Source: Hydrolagus affinis (taxonomy: Eukaryota). Taken from it: a stretch of 64,000 nt of DNA. The notes under the pieces were generated by a model. It was not told where the DNA came from. It did no database searches and saw nothing but the letters and a program-made list of their open reading frames with translations. A program made the translations under genes and the position numbers. The stretch's first letter is position 1, and every line of letters starts with the position of its first letter. The stretch covers positions 1 to 64,000 of the forward strand of contig JAAILG010001098.1 of the NCBI GenBank assembly GCA_012026655.1. Reading direction: 5' to 3'. Positions 53,801 through 64,000 of the stretch are shown piece after piece.

Positions 53801-56800
53801 GCCACCTCTCCAGTTTATTTCTCCTTTCTCTGGCTGTTCAATCACGCTCTCTCCAACTTCATAACATTGCAGCTTCCTACTTCCATTTCCTGGGGATATG
53901 ACTGCAGTCACACCCTTTCCCCACAATATCCCTGCTTAAAAATACAGTGTCTCTCTTAAAAGATAAAATCCTGTGTCAAAACTAAGTCAAGATACAGAGT
54001 TAGAATGTATCTGGAAAACAAAGCTATGTCTCTGGCCTCAAAACACATAATGTGAGAAAATATGAATTCTTTCTAATTAATACTCAAGCTGCTGAGCTTT
54101 AGCCTACATGATTAAAATGATTTCAAAGCATCAAACAAAGCTTTGGCTACCCTCTGAATGTTTTCACATGTGCCTTTAAACATCATTCTCCGTTCTCTAT
54201 TGAATTCAAACAGATGTGTTCCCTTTGATCGGATTCTTGTTCTCTCTTGCTTTCCTTGTACTCTTCCCTTTTAGATTGTGTTAAGAAATGGAGCATAAGA
54301 GGCAGGCGCTAGACTTGAGTGAGGACAGACATTTCTATTTAGTTTACCATCAAAGTATTTGCTAAATTCTTGGCTGGTACCTTTCTTAGTGATGTCGGTA
54401 TGAATTTATTAGTGTAGCTTCCTGTGTCTGTTACAGATCATCTGTGCCGTTGGAAGTTTGGTTTAAGTCAAAATGTAGAGACCATAACTTTAAAACTTCA
54501 GTTTTCTCAGTCTTAATGCTTACATGACAATATCAGATGAAACAGAATAAACATAAAATGCTAATACAGTTACTAATAGCACTGTTTACATTCAGAATGG
54601 TTTATTGTTCATGCTGGAGCGTTTATCACTATAGTTCAGCCATCGCTGCAGCTGGTGTTACTCAGCACATTTAGTTACACCACATGGGAGGGGAACTATC
54701 AGTTTTGTATGTGGTTTATGATCAGATTATCTGAAGTTTATGCCGCCTAGATTTTTATGTTTAAAAACTACTCTACTCATTATTATTTTAAGATTAAATA
54801 CTTATATAAGGATTTAAAACTGAGTTGTTGTAATATCTACCTGTGACATACTGCTGCTCACAGCTTGTACAAACTAAGTCCAGGCACTTGAATTTTAATT
54901 GCAATATTATCGATGCCACAATAATTCATTGTAGTATTATAAAAGACAATTAGAGCAGCTGATGTTTAACTAGTATTTGCCATCACAAACTGAACTTTCA
55001 ACGTTTTGCTCCTCTGAAATCAGAAACTGCAGGCAAGAAATGCTGGAAAGTGCAAGTAATGTGCAAGCATAGTCTAAACTGAAACACTTGTTATTCCAAA
55101 TTTATTCCCTACAAAAATGGAGGATTACAGAATGAAAGAGAAATTAGCTGGCATCCTGTAAAAGTGCTATTAATAGGAATGGTTAAGATCATGTTTTAAC
55201 CCTCCACTTGTACACAGATCTTGAGATATCGGACCCAGAAACCCTAATCAAAACAGAGTTGCATTGTAGTAAAAGTAACTGCTGGAGAAACAATTAAGTA
55301 ATGAGAGCTAATGTGTGAGTACACCTGCTTTCCTATTTCCTGACAAAGCCTGCAATGCAGGAACAAAGCAGAACACTCAATACAGCAACTTGAAATAATC
55401 TGATCTGCCCCCAAAATCAGGTAAATGATTCAAAAAATTCAAAGGCTTGTGTCACAACATGTTGGCTTCAGGCACAGAATTTTTCGGAGAGACATGCCCA
55501 AAATTGGTTCATTTTTTGAAAGGAATGCAAAGTGCTGCGTGGCGCAGGAAAACCACCAGTCAGATTTGGTGACACAACATTATCTCTTGAATCAAGAATG
55601 AAAAGGATGGGATGACTCCAGGCACCATCATAGGAATGCAGTTTTACTGCGGGGACAAACCTGGTAATTCTGTCTAACACATCAGTTTAATATGTTTTAC
55701 TGCTGAGTGGTATAACTCACTATAATTCATCATGTAAGTCCCCAAACCACCCTCTTTATCGATACACTATTTTTAAGATCACGTACTGCATTCACGGCAT
55801 TTAACTTTCACTAATCTCTTGTGATGTAGGCGTCACTGTACTGTAGCTAAGATCTCTCCAACTTATCTTGATCGCTGCTGGAAAGCAGGATTTCAGTTAA
55901 TACTTTATTTTAAAAAGACATTAAAAAAAAATTTTTAAAGGATTTTTGTCTCTCTTCCCCGTGATCTTGGCAAGGTTATTGGTGAAATTACAGATTTATT
56001 TTAAAATAATAATAATAATAATGAATTGAAGACACAAGTCTCTGTGGAGAATTGGTGATTCGCACCCAAGCTGACAGTCAGGGCCGGAGTTAGGGTTAGG
56101 ATTAGGGTAGAAGGAGCATGATCAAAGATATGGTTGAAGAGGGAGGTCTAGAGACGGGTCTTGAAGGAGGCAAGAAAGGGGGTGAGCTGGAGGGACTGCG
56201 GGGTGGAGTTCCAGAGAGTGGGGGCAGAGTGGCTGGAGGACCACCTGCCAATGTTGGGGCGGGCAAGGCGGGGATGTGAAGCGGGCCCTCCGCTTCTTTA
56301 CAAAAAAAATTATTGCAACGAAAACTAAGTTAGCAAGAGATACTTTATAAAGAGAATCAAGAATCTAGATCATGTAAAAGTCTGCAGCAATATTATTCCT
56401 TCACATTAGTAAATGTAATGTAATTTGTAGGTACCTGTACTGCTGGAACCAGATCGGAAGTGTAAACACACTACCGTAGTTTGTTAAGAAGCAACCAAAG
56501 GCAATACAACATTGTAAGTTATAAAACTGCAACTCACGCAGCGATTCTGCAGTAAAAACACAAAGCTGTGCATGGAAAAAATAATATTCATATAGCATTA
56601 ATATGCCAATTAATCTATTACAGTAGAGATCATGAAAGAATAATTTCTACACTTACAGATTATAATTTCCCTTTTTACAAAGCAGTTTGCTAGCAAGTTG
56701 TCCTTTATATGATGCCTTGCAGATAACTTCCAACACCAACTTGTTTTTGCAAATAAAGCATTGTTTCACACACCAGCAGCCAGACTGAACACACTCCTGT

Positions 56801-59800
56801 GATGTTTACATAGTTCTCTGCCAGGATTCACTCCAAGCATCAAATGATGTTAGATCACCAGCTCCGCACACACAGAACATTTCTTTGTGGCCAAAATGAA
56901 TGGATTTACATTGTCTGTATCAGCCGACTACAGCCTCCTCACTCCAAACACAAATTAAATCTGCATCGCAGTTCTTCAAAATAATCAATCAGCATAATTT
57001 GCTTCAAAATATTCGAATGGAACTGGAATCATCTCAAGGATGTCCCTCAAATATTTTTATTACACCAGCTTTCTTTAACCTACATGATCACCATGTATTA
57101 CAAAGACCCATCTTTACTGACCACATTTTGATGTTGCCTTCTGGAAGAAATTACCCAAGGATATTTATATATGTACTCAGTTATATGGTTAAAACCAAAG
57201 ACACAAGATTCATAATTATTCTTCTCCATACCATTTTCATTTCTGCCAATGCATTTTAACTATAATCTAATCCTTCAAGAACTTAACAGTTTTGTTGCTT
57301 TTCACATTTTGTACTTCATCAGAAACATACAAATTTGCTTTTTTCCCCCCATTTGACAACTTTTTTCCTGTTTATGTTTTAAAAACCTGCTTGTGCTTTA
57401 AATTATAATCTTCTAAAATTTTCCACCCACAATTTGAGGATGAACTATTCATCTTCCAGCAAACATCTGCAATGAGAAGAACGACAGCTAAACTTTTATA
57501 AATTTTCTTAAAAGATCTACCTGCTTGCTTTTTCCCGAAAAGATCAATATTGTAATAGGAATCTTCCTCTTGTGTATGTATTTCTCTGTTCACGTAAGGC
57601 AGTGGTTTCATCAAATGATATAAAACAGCCAAGTAGACCAGGAAAATAATTATGCTGGTCAAAATGGGTATGCCACAATAAAAATTCGAATACTACACTG
57701 ACATAAATCACACGTTAGACAACTCAAGACATTAATATAGAACTTTCTGAAAGACCCCTCTCCCTCCCCCCAACAAATTGACCAGATTTTACTCTCTCCT
57801 GAGATCTATGTGAAGATCTGATACAGAATGACTCACAGGTACAGACCTGCCCTGAGAACCTCACCCATGCTTTACTTGTTAGCCAGGGCAGTGAGCATTA
57901 GCAGGCTACTTCACACAAAGGCCAACTTAGCTCAGCCCTTTTCCACCTTCATAGTGTACTCCCAAATATGTGTCAATGGGTGGCAGAAGCACAAAAAAAA
58001 TACACCTAATAGAGTAGAGCAACCAATACATCACAATAATAAAATTGGCCCAATAGGATCTATTGCATATAATCCCATAACAATCTGAATCATTTTTAAA
58101 TTTCTTTTTGTTATCTCAGGAGTAGACTATGATTGTTATTCTGGTCAGTTGGGTGACTGAAATAGCTGTCAGCGAGAGACTGAAATGTAACCAGACAAAG
58201 TGGAAATGAAATAAAAGCAAAGCTTCGAAGACACCATAGTATTTTCCTGTCAAAGCTAAAGTTAACGATAAACATTTTAACAAGCCAGCTTTATTTGATT
58301 ACTCCGAACCCACAAAACGGTTTATTTGGCATCCAAAATAATGCCACACTGACCTTTTGATTCAAGTCATGCCTTCCCTCCCGCAGGGTGCAGTTAGAAC
58401 TATGGTGACCAGATTTATAGCTTAGAACATTGTGAAGAAAGTTTTAAATGCACAATCACCTCCCTCACTATTTCAACCAAAAATATAGTTGGAAGAAAAG
58501 CCCCTAGAATGCTCAGCAATCCACTGAACAGAGTTATCAAGTGGATAGCCAGAAACAAATCTGATAAAATGGTATAATCTGTGAGTATCATTCTTTGTAA
58601 CATGACTAAAACAAAGCTCATTCAATTATAAAATGTTTTGGCAATCACTTTGACTAATTTCAGATTGAGTCATATCCAAGGAGCATTACTCAGGCTATCA
58701 AACAAGTAGCAAAAATCTCAGTTACACTTCACCATAAAGGGGCAAAACAAGAAGTGCCACAGAAGTTCAGTATCCAAGTGAGTAACAATATCCAAACCGA
58801 ATAAACTAAAGAACGTTATTGGATTTGATGTTTTATACAATGACCAACACAAGTCACTGAGGAGGTCAATGCTGAGAGATAATAAATATCAATAATCCTT
58901 GCATCTGATATAGTGCTTTTCAGGTTTTCATGACAGACTCACAACAATTTGCAATCATACAGCGCCCTTCATACTAGATAGCATCTTCGAGTGCTTAACA
59001 TACACACTTATTAAAGTCCAACCCCATTATAACTCGAGCCAGTTAAAAGTGTGTGTATGTTGTAGAACCGCTTACGAGACTGCTTGTGGTTAACTGGCTA
59101 GCCTAGCCTCCAGTATTTGTGAGCAAAAGGCTGCGCAGCCAGACCTGAAAGTGGAGCTGTAGCCATTTTTATTTCTGTGAACGAGGACCTGTTAACACAG
59201 GGTCTGACATTATGGACTCAAAATGTAACGTTCTGTGTAAGTCATTCGTTATCTCATTTCTAAAACATGCTTATAAAATAATAATTGCTGCATTATTGTA
59301 AAGTATTCACAACCTCATACTCCAACTATGCTAAACATATTTTATTGATAAACTGTCAAATGATGAGTTTACATTCCAATCTATGACACTGCACCATGCA
59401 ACCTCACAAATATAGCTCAAGCTGACAACAGAGGCTAAACAATACAATATTACAGTCAAAATATATGCACTTGTTATATACTGCCTTACCATATTGTCAA
59501 GATGTTTCAAAAGCGTTTCAAAGGATTTACTGTTAACAGGGACTGTATATTTGTAGGTAACAGTGTTCACTCATTCTACAAAATTAAATAGGAGGATATA
59601 TCTTTAGTTGTGTGCAAATAGTTTTGATTCAAATAGCTAAATCGCATAAACATATCTACATCTGCTGTGATTAAGTAACAGATCGAGTAAATACAATGGT
59701 TTCCTGCAATGTGTTCCTATATTGTCACTTCCATGTTAATATTGATGGAGAAAGAAAAAAAATCCACTTCACCCACCCTCCTGGTGCTTAATCCATTGAT

Positions 59801-59811
59801 CTCAATGCTGG

Positions 59812-59843
<32 letters not shown>

Positions 59844-62051
59844 AAAAATGGTTGGAACCAATTTTAAGATGTGCTTCATGAAGCAGATTGCAGTCGTGTC
59901 AACGTTAGTCATTTCACTTTAGAATGGCAAACAACTGTAATACATCCCATGCTAAAACAAAAGGACACTGCACTCTACTCGTCCAAATGAGTGTGCAAGT
60001 TCTCTCATGCCTGAAATGACCATTCCCCGAAGGTGACAACTCCAGTGAGGCGATGACAAGTATGGAGTCGCGGGTTGGCAGAAATTGCAAAGTAATCATG
60101 TTTCAGAGGAACCAAAACAATGCCCTAAGCCCTGTCACAAAGTGCATTTGTGCACTGCAAGTAACTGGTGGGTTCGGAGCAGCGCAGAACCTGACCATAT
60201 CCTGTAAGCCATCGTTCATCATGATAGCTTTGTGAAATTTTCACACCATTGTTATACCTATCAAAACTGTGAAATTGCCATGGGTAGGATATGATAGATT
60301 TATTCTGGGGAATGCACAGATATCTCTGGTGATCAACTTGGGGTATAGTTCTGGTGGATAAATGTTTGAGATTACACACTTGAGACGACACACAGTGAAA
60401 GGGGGAATAAAGAGAACTATGGTCACTGAGCTGGCTCCAACGGTATCAACAACAACAAAATTACATTTGTAGAGCCCCTTTCACGTCAGGAGGACATCCC
60501 AAGGCAGTGGAGAGTCACTTGAATAGTCAAGCTAGACAGTGCTTGACTCAGAATGGATGAGGGAGGGAAGAGAAGTAGGGGAGTGGCTGAAGGCATGGTC
60601 GAAAAGGATGGTCTTGAGTCAGACCTTGATATAGGCAAGGGAGAGAGAGCGAGGCGAAGGGATTGTGGGATGGAGTTCCAAACCGTAGGGACAGAGAGGC
60701 TGAAAGCCCGGCTGTCAATGGTAGGGTGGGTCAGCTGGGAGACACGGAGCAGGCCGGAGCCTGCTGAACGCAGGGAGCGGACACGTCAATAGGGAGACAG
60801 CAGGTCAACAACAACAAACATACATTTTTATTGGGCCTTTCAAGTCGGGAGGATGTTCCCAAGTCGCTGGACAGTGAGGGGTGGGACTCGACCTGGGATC
60901 GGGGGGAAAGGTTTCTCCCTGTCTGTAATCAAACCCAGGTCTCTCGCTTGCTTCCACCACACAGCTATAGGGCTAAGTGTAGAAGTGTAGACTAAGTGTA
61001 AGTATCATGTCTGTCGCAGAGGAAAGCTAAGCTGAGGTAGTGTGCAGGGCACCCTTGAGGGAGATCTAACACTTGAATCTAATACTTGAGTCAGACAGAT
61101 GCGCGAAAGAGATCAGATCAATTGTCCTTCCTTCCCCCCCACCCCCCGCATCCGGTCCCTCGACAGCAACCACCTCCGACGCATCGCCCATCTCCGCCAA
61201 TAACTCGCCCCGAAAGCCACCGAAACACCGGTGTTCGTCACCGGTCTCCCTTCCGCCACCACTCGCACAATCCAGGTTACCCAAAATCCCGCCGCCGATA
61301 CGTCAGAGGTGGAAACGAGCGATGCTGGGGAGGGATCGGATGGGGGTGGATGGGTGGGGGGGGACAGTTGGGGGTCAAACCTGACGCCTAGGAGAGTTTT
61401 CGGGGACCTCCACTTCGATGGTACCATCGGCAACTCCCTTCCCTCCACCTCCCCTCCCCCCACCCTCCCCACCCAACTCGGGTCTGAAGCAGTAACTCTC
61501 CAGCGCCTTGGGACGTCCTCCTGACGTGAAAGGCGCTGCACTGTGCAAGTGTAATTGTGTTGTTGTTGCTGTTGTTGTTGTTGTCCAGTGCAGGGCAGTG
61601 TTGGTGATGGACAGTGTAAGCTGCGCTGTGGCCCAGCAGGGGGCGCTGTCTGGAGCTGTGACTGACGTTGGTGAGAAAAACCCTCGTATTCTTCTCTTGA
61701 GAAAGAAAATCCCTGTCGCCGTTGGGAGTCTCGGTGCGTCCCGACCCACAGGGTAAACTCTCCCCTCCCCACCCTCCCCTCCCCTCCCACGTTACCAGAC
61801 AGGGTGGTGTCGGTCAGGTCCTGGTTGGCCGCGCTCCTCGGGAACTCCTTTAGTTTCCTGCCGCTGAGGTTTAACACTCCGGTGGCGGCCGCCTCCTCCA
61901 GGGCCCTCTCCACACTTCTGTTCCAGGGCACGGGGCCCGACACCGAGCCGCCGCCGCCCGCCGCCCGTGCGCCGCCGCCAAGGCCGTTGAAGACGCCGCA
62001 TCCGCCCACCGCCCCGAACGAATCGCCCGACAACAGCATCGCCGCCGCCAT
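18364..62051 (-). CDS. LRCH3: Leucine-rich repeat and calponin homology domain-containing protein 3, spliced
   Basis: Phase-consistent exons: 61796-62051, 46379-46523, 45823-45949, 44931-45036, 44013-44149, 43713-43825, 40929-41022, 40263-40377, 39529-39671, 38913-38989, 37879-37930, 37014-37175, 35654-35710, 34013-34072, [32205-32240], [31248-31328], 27564-27624, 26488-26604, 25354-25469, 24915-25052, 24195-24272, then 21706-21909 or 18364-18483. Motifs include LRRs (LNLSGRKLKEFP, DLSRNRL, LDFSCNKV), DSGFNSVDSGDKRWSGNE and the CH domain (LTDGVVLCHLANHVRPRSVPSIHVPSPAV, PKLTMAKCRRNVENFLEACKKIGVPQ). Bracketed exons are tentative. Confidence 0.95.
21706..21909 (-). CDS. LRCH3: LRCH3 proximal terminal exon encoding a hydrophobic, putative transmembrane C-terminus
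   Basis: ggaag|GAT... translates as DDLCSSPDVLEANFLSTQRTVETLLTMGECTACPVFVPLSAQLAGFAFFYVSVMLLLSTLYRLITVF*. It resembles the human DNLCSPSDIL...LLGFVAFY isoform as recalled. Confidence 0.88.
   Translation of the reverse strand, partial: DDLCSSPDVLEANFLSTQRTVETLLTMGECTACPVFVPLSAQLAGFAFFYVSVMLLLSTLYRLITVF
24502..24820 (-). mobile_element. tRNA-derived SINE
   Basis: Minus head GTAGCTCAGTAG, core GCTGCTGTGTGCAATTGGCTGCCGCGTTTCG, and tail GTGAAAAGCGCTATATCAAATGC(ATT)n. Confidence 0.88.
27992..28307 (+). mobile_element. tRNA-derived SINE
   Basis: TGTAGCTCAGTGG...GGTTCAATTCC...GCTGCTGTGCGCAATTGGCTGCCGCGTTTCG...GTGAAAAGCGCTGTATCAAATGCAAGGATTATT. Confidence 0.9.
30478..30702 (+). mobile_element. L2-type LINE 3' fragment
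   Basis: ccctctggaactccatccc...ccttcaag...ctcttcgac...cttgggacatcttcctgacgtgaaag...ttgttgtt. The same tail recurs at 44310, 51870, 60450 and 61500. Confidence 0.75.
38793..38866. repeat. (ATCA)n/(ACCA)n compound microsatellite
   Basis: Seen directly. A second (ATCA)n tract lies at about 59812-59842. Confidence 0.95.
39734..40092 (-). mobile_element. tRNA-derived SINE
   Basis: Minus head GCAGCTCAGTGG...TGTTCGAATCC, a CA tract, the Deu-like core, and an (ATT)n tail. Confidence 0.9.
40644..40743. other. Assembly gap (100 N) in the LRCH3 intron between exons 7 and 8
   Basis: Run of N next to a poly-C tract. The flanking exons join in phase. Confidence 0.99.
46690..46975 (+). mobile_element. 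L2 LINE ORF2 fragment
   Basis: KVNKTEVLLI...PVRNLDVLCDPRLSFLPHIQA...FITYRLDYANA. It is related to the fragment at 1-180. Confidence 0.8.
51868..52272 (-). mobile_element. L2 LINE 3' region
   Basis: Minus strand LHPIIA..., FFKARLKTFLF, followed by the conserved tail and (TTG)n. Confidence 0.8.
56105..56285 (-). mobile_element. L2 LINE 3' fragment
   Basis: ggtcttgaaggaggcaag...ggagttccagagagtgggggcagag, homologous to the 52.0 and 60.6 kb copies. Confidence 0.7.
60447..60870 (-). mobile_element. L2 LINE 3' region plus a second L2 tail
   Basis: caacaacaaaattacatttgtagagcccctttcacgtcaggaggacatcccaagg...ggagttccaaacc. A second tail lies at 60806-60870. Confidence 0.78.
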
Positions 62052-62070
62052 TACCGGCCACTGTCAACAC

Positions 62071-62139
62071 TGCGCGTGCGCGGGAGGGCCCGGGCACGCC
62101 GCGCATGCGCGGGAGGCCCGGCCACACCGCGCATGCGCT
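62071..62139. promoter_or_regulatory. LRCH3 proximal promoter with three NRF1-like motifs
   Basis: TGCGCGTGCGCG, CGCGCATGCGCG and CGCGCATGCGCT spaced about 28 bp apart in a CpG island just upstream of the ATG at 62051. Confidence 0.6.
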
Positions 62140-62154
62140 TCACGGAATATTACC

Positions 62155-62500
62155 GTGGAGTCCCTGTAGCTCAGTGGGTTAGAGCCCTCACCTCACTCAC
62201 CTGCCCGACCAGCGTCAGACACGGGTTCGAACCCAGGCAGGTCGGGGCGAAACTGTCAGCAAGTTTCCTTACTACACACACACACACACACACACACGCG
62301 CGCCTAATAATAATCCGTCCAAAAAAAACTATAATAAATTGGTCATTTTCAACCCCCGACTGTTTGTTTGTGTGTGTGGGGGTGGGGGTGGGGGGACGCT
62401 GCTGTGCGCAATCGGCTGCCGTGTTTCACTCTCCCACAAACAGTCAGATCACTTTACAGTATATTCTGTGAAGCGATTTGAGGCGTCTACAGGCGCTATA
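62155..62500 (+). mobile_element. Full-length tRNA-derived SINE, divergent from LRCH3
   Basis: Box A TAGCTCAGTGG, box B GGTTCGAACCC, CA tract, Deu-like core and tail. Confidence 0.9.
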
Positions 62501-64000
62501 ATCATAACAATCCTTGCATTTGATATTGCGCTTTTCACGTCTTCTCGACTGTCTCAAAGCGCTTCACAGAACATACTGTAAAGTGAAGTGACTGTATCAA
62601 ATGCAGGGATTATTATTATTATTATTCTACTGTAAAGTGAGGAACTGGGTGACAGTCATGCATCAATCTGGGGGAGGGATGTGGTGGGATTTGGCTAATA
62701 TTGCTTTGCAATTTTTCTTCTCGGGTGGAACGCAAGGATAACTTTAGGTAACTGATAAATTGAAACTATTCCGTTTCCTGACACATTAACACAATGTGGT
62801 TTTGCATATACAGTAGAATCTACATTTTCCTTATCCGCACATTTCTTCCTGCAACACACACCTGGGCTTGTGGTCCATGTCTAATGTAAAACAGTATATG
62901 TTCTATGCAAGACATTTTAAAGTCACACAGGCAATATTCATACAACGTGACACCTGGTTTCCACACTTGGCTAGAGTAAACCCATTCGCAAAAGAATCGC
63001 AAGGTTCAACAAGCGCAGGTTTTTTTCGATTAAATCGGTTACAGAATTTTCATGTACAACAGCGGGATCGTCCTGAAGAGCAGGGTGGAAAAAACATGAA
63101 GGACCTTTGTTGGTGAGGAAGAACATTGCAAGGCATAGCGAGGCAAAACACGCCTAAAATAATTTGCTTACAATTAGCTTCTGGATGCCTTCAGGCATGT
63201 ACAATTGTTTTCCAAAGCATGAGTTTCCCAAATTGCAATTCAGCTTCATATATAACATTTCCCCCACCACCAAACCGGCTTGAGTAAATAAATTGGTTCA
63301 AATGCTGTTTTTGTTTCAATACACACCTAGATTGCACTGACCTCCAGAAGTTAGACACAGGATCAAGGTTGGTCTGGAGCCTGTCAATTGCAGCCTTTGG
63401 AAATCTAATGAATGTTTACTGTACTTTTGAAAAAAAAGTATTGAAACAGTTTGAGAAGAATTTCAATTGTCAGAAAAGAGGCACCATATTTGCATAATGC
63501 TTTTTGAAAGTAGGACACAGAGGACACAGAACGCTTTTTACAAAAATTGTGAAACTGGCAAAGTTTAATTAAAAAAAATTTTTGATTGAAACTCCAAGAC
63601 GTCAAAAATACTGAATTGTATGGTCTCAAATGTCTGCTGAATTTATATATTCCGTTCACAAAGAACAGCATCCCTGGAAAAAAACAATTCAGTTTTTGCA
63701 ATCAGACATTAACATCAACGTTCATTTAACATCATCTCCTAGCCAAAAACTTTAACATAATCCCAATTTCAGCTGACCCTCTGGATGGCTACTGTACAAT
63801 GGTTCTTAACGCAGTGAAGGTGATAGTGTGAGCTCAGGGCAGTTAGCCATCAACAGTCTTCGCTAAAACGTCGCTCTTCTATCTCACAGTCACAAAGCGT
63901 CCGCTTTTGCATGAGGTGTCAGCTGTCCTCCGCTCCTTCAGAATTGCAAATCGTTCGTTCAAAGTGATCCCAGTCTGGAAGGAAAGATAAATTAGCTTCT

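Noticed and set aside
56090-56110. Telomere-like TTAGGG units
   Set aside because: Only about three degenerate units, adjoining an L2 fragment.
61113-61795. C-terminal part of the 312-aa ORF
   Set aside because: It is read-through into intron 1 past the donor at 61795 and includes an L2 tail whose (CAA)n gives a false polyQ.
62160-62235. tRNA gene
   Set aside because: A and B boxes are present but continue into a SINE body found in several copies, and there is no clean cloverleaf.

Overview
Vertebrate nuclear DNA, not prokaryotic. The repeat complement (Deu-domain tRNA-SINEs, L2/CR1 LINE tails, Penelope fragment) points to a cartilaginous fish, probably a chimaera (inference). Three spliced genes lie in the same order as human 3q29. 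RPL35A (-) has its 5'TOP exon at about 5.4 kb and its last exon outside the window. IQCG/DRC9 (+) has 10 coding exons, about 456 aa, and is head-to-head with RPL35A. LRCH3 (-) has about 21 exons over about 44 kb plus two alternative terminal exons and is tail-to-tail with IQCG. The main non-obvious signal is three copies of an H/ACA snoRNA of the SNORA63/E3 family, one in each of RPL35A introns 2, 3 and 4. Two look intact and one is degenerate, and all share a non-canonical H box. The human host gene is EIF4A2. Other points: candidate cassette exons with RBFOX motifs in LRCH3, inverted SINE pairs flanking LRCH3 exons, an intact-looking Pol III SINE about 105 bp from the LRCH3 ATG, an 86-bp hAT MITE, and a coding minisatellite in IQCG. 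Most ORFs in the supplied track are spurious. There is a 100-N assembly gap at 40644-40743. I found no convincing evidence for a wholly new biological system. All homology calls are from memory, not from searches.
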